Positions 23,547 through 34,200 of a DNA stretch of 64,000 nucleotides are shown here, one piece after another. Position 1 is the first letter of the stretch, and each line of letters starts with the position of its first letter. The notes under the pieces were generated by a model. The model searched no databases and was not told the DNA's origin. It saw only the letters and a program-made list of their open reading frames with translations. The position numbers were made by a program, and so were the translations under genes. The DNA comes from Lama guanicoe (Eukaryota). The DNA is taken from positions 4,723,757 through 4,787,756 of the forward strand of contig MU054187.1 in assembly GCA_013239625.1 (NCBI GenBank), read 5' to 3'.

Positions 23547-25149
23547 GTGAGCAGCCGTGGGGGGCAGAGAGGGACGCGCAGGGGCGTCCCGGGCGCGGGG
23601 ACAGGGGCGAGGCGGGGGGGGCCCGCGCGGCGCCGCGGAGGGCGTCTGGGCCGCAGCGGCGGCACCGTCTCCTCGGTGGGCTCCGCGCCCCTCCCGGCGC
23701 CCACCGGGCCGGGGGCCGAAGTTTGCGCGCGGCGTCCTCCGCCTTTCGGGGTCCCGACGCTCGGGGGACGGCGGCGGCGGGGGGCGGGGCACGTAGGGGA
23801 CCGAGCCTGGCGCCCGGCCGCCCCTCCGGTCGCGTCCGTCGCGACCCTTTGTGTTCCCCTCGGGTGCGGCCCCCGGAGACGGCGAAGGCCGCGTCCCCGG
23901 CGCCGCTCACCGCCTTCCTGGGGGGCGCCCTCCGACGGCTCGGGCTTGCCGGGAGGAGGGAGGTGTCTGTTCCGGAGCGGGTGGGGGCCGCCGTTGGCTG
24001 TGCGCTCGTTTCTGGAGAAGCTGGGGGCAAGGGGGAGACGTTTCCTGCGGGTGTGCTCAGGAGGAAACATCCCTTGAGGTCTAATGATTCAGAGCTTTCG
24101 TTTCAGGATTTCCTTGTAACGAGAAAGCGGAGGCAGATGGATACGGAGTTTTCCTTTTTCCCAAAATGGAATTATTTAATCATGGGATCTTTTGATGTGT
24201 CCAGTTTTTGAAAGAAATTTCCAGGTTTATTTAGCTTGTATATATTACCTGCGTACACATTTACTGCTATTTTTTCCATTAGGTACGTTACCTAGAGAGG
24301 ACATGTGGGTTTACCAAACTCGTAACATCCAGGTGCTTCCAAGAAAAAACAATCAATTAAAAAGGAAGATTACGTGGAAAAACAGGCGTAGGCTGATTAG
24401 CTTGATCTCAAATATATACACATGATTAGTTTAAACTGAAACTTGTCCAGTCTTTAGTTTTTCTGTTTGAGATTGAGGGCAAACAGTTAAAATGTGAGTG
24501 TTTTTCCCCCCTCCAGTTTTCTCTGTTACCAGCTTAGTTTGATAAACTTTTGTGCTTTATATGATGGGTAAACGTTATAGGTCACGTGGTTTGTGCTACA
24601 GAGTAAAGATAAGGAAATGGAATGTTCTGTAGGTTCAGGAAGTAGTCATTCCATTATAATCCATATTTAACTTTGTTAGCCTTAAGGTTTAGTTGTGTTT
24701 GGGCATTGCAAGAAAGGATAATAAAAGTTATGATCAAAAGAGGAAGAAGTTACCAATAGTTGGTGGTTGAATGTACTGTTCAGTAAAACAGTTCTTTAAA
24801 TTGTGACTCAACTATTTTTTTTTCCTGTTTTTGCCAGATTTAGGTGCTTTTTTTAGGAAGAACATGCCAAGAGTTTCTAAAAAGAAAGAGTCCCCCGAAC
24901 AACTGTTACATCTAGTGATAGTTACATTAGCAGTTGTTATTTTTTTCCTAATTGCTGCCAATGTTTCTTGTACACTTAGTTCTTGAGGAAGTAAGCAGTT
25001 AAGTGGCTCAAGCAAAAAAGGGGTATAGTGTGATGTGTTCTTGATTCTCCAGCCAACCGCATTCCTGTAGGAGCCAAATGTTTTATATTTCTTAGGTATT
25101 GTCCCAGGGCTATTTTATACCTGTATAAACAAATACATAAATATATTTC

Positions 25150-26238
25150 GCCTCTTTTTTTTTCTTGCAGTAAAATGTACGTAAGCTTTACCGTTTTAGC
25201 CACGTTTAAGTGTACAGTTCAGAGGTATTAAATACATCGACGTCTGCAGCATCACCACAGTCCACCCCCGTAACTCTTTTCTTGTAAAGTTGAAACTCTA
25301 CTCCGGTTAAACAATAACTCCTCACTCTCTCTACCCCCCCCCCCAGCGTCTGGCAACCAACCTTGTTCTTTGTATATTTATGATTTTGACTAAGTACCTC
25401 ATACGTGAAATCACAGTATTTGTCTTTTATGTGATTGGCTTATTTTACTTACTGTAACGTCCTCGGTGTTCATTCGTGTTGTGTACATTGCAGTTTCCTT
25501 CCATTTGAAGGCAGAATAAGGTTCCATCGTGCATATACATACATACCACATTTTGCTTACACATTTATCTGTCGATAGTGCTTATCCATGTCATCTGTCG
25601 TGGTGGCTTCCACGTTTGAGCAGTGGTGGATAATGCTGCTGTGAACGTGGGTATACGAATATCACCTCGGATCCAGATTTCAGTTCTTTTGGGTATCTAC
25701 CCAGAGGTAGAATTGTTGGATCATGCAGAATTCTGTTTTTTGAGGATCTGCCGTGCTGTTTTTGTAGTGGCTGTACCGTTTTCCACTCCCACCAGCAGTG
25801 AGTAAGGGTTCTGCCTATTTTTAAATTGTATTTTTGGGGTTTTTTGGCTATGGAGTTATGAGTTCTTTATTTTGGATATTAATCCCTTTTCAGATACATG
25901 ATTTGTAAATATTTCCTACCATTTGGTAGGCTGCCTTTTCAACTTACTGTTTCCTTTGCTGTACAGAACGTTTTTAGTTTGATATAGTCCCACTTGTTTA
26001 TTTTTTGTTGCCTTTGCTTTTGGTGTTAAGTCCAAAAACTCCTTGCCGAGACATGCTAAGTAGCTTACCACCAATGTTTCCTCCTAGGAGTTTTATGGTT
26101 TCAGGTCTTTTGTTCAAATTTTAACCCATTTTGAGTTGATGATTTGTGCATGGTGTAAGATAGGGGTCTAGTTTTATTCTTTTGCATGTGACTGTCCAGT
26201 TTTCCTGGCACCATATTGAAGAGAATGTCCTTTCTTCG
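25150..26238 (-). mobile_element. L1 3' end (L1MB-like) and ORF2 portion, abutting the COX5B retrocopy
   Basis: Poly-T then aagtgtacagttcagaggtattaaatac...aaactctactccggttaaacaataactcc; ORF2-like ccagttttcctggcaccatattgaagagaatgtccttt at the junction; internal discontinuity near 25810. Confidence 0.8.
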
Positions 26239-26500
26239 TTGTCATGGGCTCCACAGTTAGAGCATCACTGGGTTTCACCTCTGTGCAGCCAGAACCAGAT
26301 GATGGTCATTTACTGTTGTCTTCTTCACAGATGCAGCCCACTATCCGCTTGCTGGTGATGGAGGGGGCTAAATTAGGGTCCTCCTTGGCACCTGAAGCTG
26401 CCTTTGGGACGAGCATGTCATATGGGTCCAGTCCCTTCCATGCAGCCATCTTGACTTCCCTCTGCAGCCCAGTTGCCTGCTGTTCATCAGTAGGAACACC
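26239..26500 (-). pseudogene. COX5B: Processed (intronless) COX5B pseudogene fragment in SDCBP intron 1, antisense to SDCBP
   Basis: Translates GVPTDEQQATGLQREVKMAAWKGLDPYDMLVPKAASGAKEDPNLAPSITSKRIVGCICEEDNS, then a 5-nt insertion (26307-26311) shifts the frame, then TIIWFWLHRGETQ*CSNCGAH with TGA at 26265-26267. No introns, no presequence, no C-terminus or poly(A). Confidence 0.92.
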
Positions 26501-28829
26501 TGTGGTCCTGTGGGGGCCCAGGGATACATGCCCCGCTGGCCACAGAGCCACACGATCTAAGGTGTCTCCTGGGCGGCAGCTCCAAAACCTGGAGCGCCTG
26601 ATGTGATGCACTGTTTTTTTGTTTGTTTGTTTTTTAAGATCAGTGATGCTTCAAGCCTGAATTTTCATCACCCCAAGATTTTTGGGGGAGGGCAACAAAT
26701 TAAACGAGCAAACATTATTTTAACTTAAATAGTTGTATTTTTAAAAAGGGAGACCAGTTGCAGTGAGTGGTTTGAGAGGAGGAATGAATCAACTGAGAAA
26801 ATGAGTATTGCCATTCCAGGTGGTATTAACTGGAAAACTTTACCAGCATGTTTCCTACCTTATTACTCAGTGTTGTAACTAGAAAGCAGATTAACTAGGT
26901 GTCCCGAGACAGCACGTGCAGCATTTGGGTTATGGAGCTCTTTGGTCTGTGCATGTGTTTGAAGACGAAGACAGTTACCCTGACGTTGCCCTGAGAGGGT
27001 GAAGGGTCAGATGGAAAACGTGGTACTGAGGCAGGACAGTCAAGTATTTTTTCTTTACATGTTCTAGAGAAACCCCGAAACTCCTCCAGACTCTCAGAGA
27101 CCTCTTAGTAGAAACTGATTTGGGGAGTTATCTTTCCAAGGCCTGGGAGGCATGGGGTGCAGGGACCTTCCATGAGGCATTAAGAGATTCAAGGAGGTTG
27201 TAGAGAGCACAGCCGGGGCCAAACCTGGGTTGGGTAAGTGGCGAGTACTGGCTCTTTCCGGGAATTAGACCAGTGAAACAAAGTTGTTATTACATCAGGA
27301 ACGTCCTGATCAAACTGATCTCAGGAGCCTTGAGAGCTGTAAGCTGTTCCTTCTGACTAGGTCAGCTGAAGGGAAGGCCTAGAAATAGAGCTCTGTCTTT
27401 AGCTGGAACCGTTAATAGTGTTTGGTCTGAGTTTTAAGTGAAGGTAAAGTGAGAATTCTCACCTTGATGTAACGAAATTATTTTCAGAATCCTCTTCAAT
27501 CTCATTACTGGTCATTCTCAAATTCCAGCCATAACTGAAAGGATTTCAAGAGTAGCTTTGCGTTTCTTCAACAAGGGCTGAGAATTTTTGACACTTAGCA
27601 TTAGGTCAGAGATTTAATTGAACTGTACAAGTGAGTTAATGGAATCCTTCAGAAAAATAATACAAGAATTTATTATTCTCCTGGAAAGCTTTAAACAAGG
27701 TCATGTTCAAAGTAGCAGACTTGGAAGATAAGAAAATTTGAACTTTTCAATAAAAATTTTAAAGATATCTTGTTTACTGTTACTTTGATAATATCAGGCA
27801 AAATATTTGATAAATCTTTGGTTCCTGGTAGGATACGCTGTCATGGTAGATAAGTAAATAATCAAACGTGGGCCTTCAGCTCAAGTAGCAGAGGTAAACA
27901 TAAGCGAGCCATGACTTAAGGCAGAGCGGCCGCCCGAACTGAGAGAAACGAATGATGTCAGACTGAGGCCGGCAAAGGCGCCCTCCCAGAAGTGGCTCTT
28001 GACTAAGATCTTAATAGAAAAGTCCTGGAAGGACATTCCAGGGAGGAGACAAAGCTGTTACAGAGACGAGGAGGCGCAGAAGCACGCGACCTGGGTGGGA
28101 AATAGCACATAGGTTGTGGCCGGAACGTTGTGATGTTTGGAAAGAAACTGGATGAAATGAGGCCATATAAATAGTCTGAAGTAGAATCATTGTGAATCCT
28201 TTCTATTTTAGAAGAATGGTGAGAATTAATTAAGTTCAACATACTTAAACTACATTTTTAATATATATACATGTGTATATGTGTGTATATATATGTATAT
28301 AATTTGGGGTAATGTTCGTTAGTTTTTTTAATTTTGAAAAGCCCATATTTTCTCTCAGCTTTAGAGTGTTGCTATGAGTGACCTCAGTTGCTCAGGCAAC
28401 TGCAGTTAATATTTGTTTGAAGAAAAGCTTCTATGGGGAAAAAATTTCGAAAACTGCTTGCTGAGTTTTGAAGTGAACCACTCATCCAGTTCACTTTTCA
28501 CGAGGAAGGTGGGATCTTGTAGGTGGCCAGTGACGGGACCAGAAATAGAAATAGCATTAGATTACCAGTCAACGTCTGTTCCAGTGAATTTAAAATGACT
28601 TTGTTTATGATGTTGATAAAACGGCTGAAAGTTCAAATAAAAATGTGTTTAAGGGCAAAGCTACTAGAGAACTGACCTCTTGAGACAGAAAAGATACTTC
28701 ACTTTTTCCCCCGGGTTAAAGGGATTAAGCCATATTTGTGCTTTCTCAAGAATTTCCATTTTTTTTTCACAAACCTAGGTCCTGTTTTCCTCTTAAAAAG
28801 ACAGAATTGAGCTACTTCTTTCTATTCAG

Positions 28830-29826
28830 CGTTTTATTGGAGGTTCTCTCTCAGTGCAATTAGGCAAGAAAGAGAAATAACATGGCAAGGATTTGAATAG
28901 ACATTTTTCTGAAGACGACACACAAACAGCCACTAAGCACGTGAAAGGTGCTCAGGTTCGTTAGTCATCGGGAAATGCAAGTCAAAACTGCAGTGAGGTG
29001 CCGCTTCCATCTACTGGGGTGGTTGTAATAAGACTAGAAAGCATGTGCAACACCATATTGTATAAGGGACTTGAGCACTCATGGATTTTAGTAGAACCAT
29101 ATACTGCAGGACAGCTATATTGGCCAGGATATGGAGAAATTGGAACCCTCTCTCACAGGTGCTGGTGGGAAAGTGAAATGGTTCAGTCACTCCAGAAACC
29201 CGTTCAGTTCCTCAAAAAGGTAAACAGTCACCATGTGACCTGGCAGTCCTACTCTTAGCTATATACCAAGAGAATTAAACGTACACGTTTACGCAGAAAG
29301 TTGGATGTAAATGCTCACTAGCATTATTAGCAGCATCAATCATAATAGTCAAGAAGTGTAAAACCAGCCAAAATGTCATGGACTGGTGAGTGGATACCCA
29401 AAATGTGGCATGGCATATCCATTACAGTGGAGTGTTATTCAGCCAGAAAAGGGAGTGAAGTGCTGGTCACGCTACAACGTGGATGAATCGGGGAAGCACT
29501 GAATTCGGTGGGAGAAACTAGACACAAAAGGCCGCGTGTTCTTTGATCCCAATTGAATGTCTGGGACCACAGATTGAGAGGCAGAAAGTAGCTTCCATAC
29601 TTGCCCGGAGCTGTAGGGAGAGGAGGATGGGTAGGTGTGGAGTTTCTTTTTGGGATGACGGAAATATTTTAATATTAGATGGTAGGGACAGTTGCACTAA
29701 ATTTTTTTTAAAAGTTCAATTTGTTTTAAATATGTTGAACTTAACTCTTAATGTACTAAAACTATTGAATTGTATGTTTTAAAAGAGTGAATTTTGTGCT
29801 ATGTGAAGTACATCAATTAAAAAAAC
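28830..29826 (+). mobile_element. Old L1 (L1MB-like) 3' portion with small Tigger-like insert (~29035-29120)
   Basis: ggatttgaatagacatttttctgaagacg...gggaaatgcaagtcaaaact...gtgaattttgtgctatgtgaagtacatcaattaaaaaa. Confidence 0.75.
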
Positions 29827-29834
29827 TTATTTAG

Positions 29835-30475
29835 CATGCAACCAAGAGACAGAAACCATATAGTAATTTGAACAGTGAAAATTTAATGTATGGAATTATT
29901 AACTATAACATGATTGAAGAACAGGGATCAGCTAGTAAGAAGTAAAGAGATCTTTAATGAATACAGGAAAAGCACATTTATTAAGTACCCGCTAACCTCA
30001 GGACCGAGACAGAGTGCCTCGGAAGAGGCTGTCGTCTCCTACGTCTGGGGTCCAGGCTTTGTGGGGGAGAGTGCAGCCATCACTTAATGGGTGGTGGAGT
30101 TGCTGAGATGCCAAGCTGACTGGAAATTGTCTCTTTGGGGTACCTGGGAAGGCCAGCCACAGAGAGTGCTGCACCTTGGAACTCGCTGCAAGCCACACGA
30201 AGGGACGCTAGGGAAAGCCACTCACTGGTCGATGCCTTGCTGGTGCCACCCTGCTAAGGTGCTAGAGAGGCAGATGCCGCGGGAGCCTGGCTGGAGTCTG
30301 GAGCTGGGAAGACCAAGCCCTTTCTCCTGCAGTGTACCTCTAGCTGCTTCTACTGACAAAGCCGTGTATCTTGCCAGTTGGCCAAAGAGCAGTATTTAAA
30401 GGGCCCATCTCCACTTTCACAAAGCAGCCACTCATGGGTGGGTTTTGATTGTGAAGGGAATAAATTGATAGCTGA
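29835..30475. mobile_element. Ancient LTR-like element (family uncertain)
   Basis: gagacagaaaccatatagtaatttgaacag...aatttaat...ggaattattaacta start, similar to old mammalian LTR consensus; related relic at ~37615-38160. Confidence 0.45.
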
Positions 30476-31246
30476 AGAACCTGTGTCAGACCCTGTGCCA
30501 ATTTACTGTATGTTCTGTTACAGTGTATTCTAAGAAAATGTTCATCTCAGAATAGCTAAACAGAATTTCAGAGTATATATCCCTGTAACACTTTTAGAGA
30601 ATTTTGTTTTAAATTTGTTCAAAAGGCAACTCATGATCACTAAAAATCATTGAACATACAGAAGTGTTTAAAATACACACATTTCCCTCTAATCCCTCAG
30701 TCCCTTACCGTCTGTTTCATTCATGTCTCCTACAGATCTAACTTGCTGACAATTGGTGTGTGTGGTTTTTTCTGTATACACGGCTGTGTAATATGTGTGT
30801 GTATTTGTATTTTTTCCTAATAATAGAGGTATTACATGTAGGTAACACGCATGAGCTATTGTGGGTTTTTGTTTGAAGGATATAATACTCGCTCAGTTGC
30901 CAAGCGCTTGTGTAGGTTGGTAAGTCGCATAATTGTTCTCTTTGATTTTCCTAAACTTTAGAAATGAAGGGACTTTTACTAAGGGAAGTTTAAAATCCAT
31001 AATGGATATAGTTTGGTCATAGAAGTAAGGGAGGGAGAGGTAGTCTGGTAACATTCATCAGCCAGCAGTTTTTGGTTTAGCTGGATGGTCATATTTTTCC
31101 ATGTGTTTTGCCATTTAAGTGTCTCTTTTGTTAAATATTTATGCATGTTTATGTGTGTGTTGCTGGCTACACATGCTATTTAAGTTTCAATGAAATTTGA
31201 GTCATAGAAATTTTTTGTTTTTTTTCTTTAGAAAAATCCTGCAAAA

Positions 31247-31297
31247 ATGTCTCTGTACCCGTCTCTTGAAGACCTGAAGGTAGACAAGGTGATCCAG
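31247..31297 (+). CDS. SDCBP: SDCBP exon 2 coding part ([17 protein letters not shown]); exon starts 31232
   Basis: Polypyrimidine tract + ag at 31230-31231; ATG 31247; donor cag|gtacgt; first LYPxL ALIX-binding motif. Confidence 0.97.
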
Positions 31298-34200
31298 GTA
31301 CGTGCCAGATGTTTAAGTGCCTTTTTCCACATGCTCTGCCATGCATTTTGGTTATAGGTGGACTGAAGCATGAAACTGCCAAATAGCAGATGTATTTGCT
31401 CATTTTTACACTTCATAAACTTGTTTTCAATTTTTTCTAACTGAATAGTTAGTTAGAAAAGCTAGAGATTCTTCTTCATTTCACTGTGAACTAATGGGCA
31501 CGGGATATTATTTCTTTGAAACTGGGCTTGAATTCTTCAGAGATAACTTGATTTTTATGACAAAGGTTTAAATTAATTTTTAAGCTGGTAAAATACACTC
31601 CAACTTCTCAGATGTTCATTGTCTTACTTAAAATACGTACATTGTTCTTTGGGGTCTTAAGGTATGACCAGTCTTTAAAATAATTCTTTGCTTTCTCAGA
31701 AGTAAAAATTGTAGGAACAGGGGAGTGTGTGCTGCTTTTAGAAAAGTAGGTGTGGAAAGAACACTGAAAGCGCAGTGCTTCATTTCCTTTGAGATGTAAG
31801 CAGCAGATGGGTCACGCGTTCCTGCTCTGAACGGCTGTTAGAGAATGCAGCATTTCTACTTTCACTGAGTCAGAAATGGAGTGAGTGTAGTCCTTTATGT
31901 AAGTGTTACTTCTGAAGACAGATGCTTCTGCTTAAGAGGAAAGTCTGGGATTGGGATAAATTCTTGCTGCTTTATAAACTTTTTAATTATTTTTAACTGG
32001 AGATAATTCATAGTATTTAATGAACTCATGTTTCCAGTTTACTTCCAACTTGACCTCTTACAAACTCATTTTTTTCTGCTGCTGTTCATTCTTTTCATTT
32101 GACAAGATAAATCAAACTTGTTAATACGTCTTCACTCCTAAAACCTTTTTGATATGATACATGTGATGAAATTCTTCTTGAATTCTTTAGTGCTTCAAAG
32201 CTTCTTACCCTAAAGATCATTTTGCTTGAGGCCTTGGCCTCAATTTACTGTGAGATTTACTTCTTAATTATTTAATGAGCACAAAAAGTTTGTTATAAAC
32301 TTGTGAGAAAGTCTTAACCAACCTCAAGAATACAAGTGTTTTTTAGGCAAAATGTTGGCCCTTTTAGGATGGAAAAACCCAGCAAAAATAGTAACAAATG
32401 TGTAGCTGAAATTGTAACCTTGTAGCAGTTATTGGATAAATGGGGGGGAGGTGATAATGAACACGTACTTCCCATCATAGGTCCCCTGTGGATATTGCTT
32501 GGTGATCTGTAACATCCCTGACATCTGTTCAGCTGCCAAGGCTTTGATGCCTCACAGTTTTAAGTGGTCTGTTCAGTCATCTCGAATCTCTCTCACTTTT
32601 TTCTTCAGTATTGTGTCATTCTCATATGGTTTTTATTTCCACTAAGTGTATTTGAACAGGTGCGCTTTCTTTTTAAAAAGCTTTTATTTGAACTCTTTAG
32701 CCTTCAGGAATAACACTTAAGTCATTAGTATGACATCAGGGCGCACTAAGTGATAAGGGTTTGCAGAAGGGTCTAGAAGAATGGCTAATTTCTTTTTCAT
32801 CCTTTTTTTGTTAGCTTTTTATGGAATTAAACTTTAAATTAACCATAGACTTTTAGCAGGGGTTTTTGATTTTGAAAACAAAAAGAAGGAAACAGTTGAT
32901 ATTGACAGATGCTGGGGTGGAACGTGAGGAGGGCTGCCATCTGTATCAGGCTGACCGCTTTAAGGGGAGGCAGATTATATGAGTATTTCCCGTATACCCC
33001 TTGGAAGACTTTGTATGTTCTGAGCAGAAAGCTGGCTGCCTGGAGGCGGAGCAATGAGTAAGGAGCAGGAAACATGGTTTTTAAATCTCACTGGATTTTA
33101 TAATAACCTAACCTAGCCAGTAAAGTCTTGGGCTGTTTTTGTTTTTTTTTTCCCTTTCTATGGTAGGTGGTACTTGAGTTTATTATTTTTTTTTCAAGAT
33201 GCCCCTGTAAAAGTAGTATTTACTCATTTCTAGTTTTCTGCTCTTTTACACCACAGCAGAACTAAACTGCAGCAGTGAACTGGTAGTTCATGTTTTGTAA
33301 ACTGTTTTACTGTAGCCATTAGGCTGTGGCTTTCAGCATCATACAGTCCGTGAACCTCTCTCTCCATTAGGAATCTTTAATGGGAGCCTGTGGCTGCCAT
33401 ATCTACACAAAAGAAGCTTTTAAGAAACAGCAATTTCCTCAGTTTCCTATTAGAGTGAGCAGAGGTTCACACTGGTGGCTCCAGGAGATGGTGTCTGCAC
33501 GTGCTTTCTGTAATGGCAGGAACAACATCCTCTGGTAGTAACTTGTGTGATCCTGGGAACAGCCATTTTTTTTTTTACTAGTTTGAGATTTCAAGGAAGG
33601 GTGAAATAATTTGCTACATTTAATGGCTTATAATCCTTAAACCCTTGTTGTACTTTCCTTGTAGTTCTTTTATTTTTACTACAGATTATATAATAATTAT
33701 GTAACTTTGTTTGCAGAGAGCTTTTTGTATATGTTCTTACTTAAGTATTCCTTGGATAGGAGCAATAGCAGTGAATGAAAGAACAGAAAGTAATGAAACA
33801 ATGTGAAAAAGAATCAGTTTCTTAAAATTAGTAAATTTTATTTTTCAGAGCTGCTTTAGGTTCACAGCAAAATTGAATGGAAAGTCGTTTCCATCTTAGC
33901 GACCCCCGTGCGCCACTCCCCCACGCCCCGGTGCAGCGCACACGGTGCACGTCCTCCCCGCTCGCAGCGCCCCTGCCGGAGTGCTGCCCTTCTTAGAGCT
34001 GCCACGCCAGGTCCACGGTTACGACAGGGTTCTCTCCCATGGTGTTCGCTCTGCTGGTTTGGACAAATGTATGGTGGCATGTGGCCACTGTTGTAGTGTC
34101 GTGTAGAATACTTCCACTGTCCTCACAGTCCTCTGCTCTGTCTCTCTCTCCTTCCCCAGTAATTCATGGCAACCACTGATCTAAACTGTCTCCATAGTTT

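Larger units (their letters stand above)
23200..24070 (+). promoter_or_regulatory. SDCBP: CpG island promoter of SDCBP
   Basis: Very GC/CpG-rich; GC boxes (ccccgcccc ~23352-23366), CRE/ATF-like ccacgtca 23336-23343, ETS core cggaagt 23490-23496; no TATA box seen. Confidence 0.9.

Noticed and set aside
23102..24211. Many overlapping 100-176 aa ORFs on both strands
   Set aside because: Low-complexity Arg/Gly/Pro/Ala translations expected from a stop-poor CpG island; no domain resemblance, and exon 1 is non-coding.
26306..26611. 101-aa ORF as a functional COX5B paralogue
   Set aside because: GTG start, no transit peptide, frameshift before the last two zinc-ligand cysteines and an additional in-frame stop.
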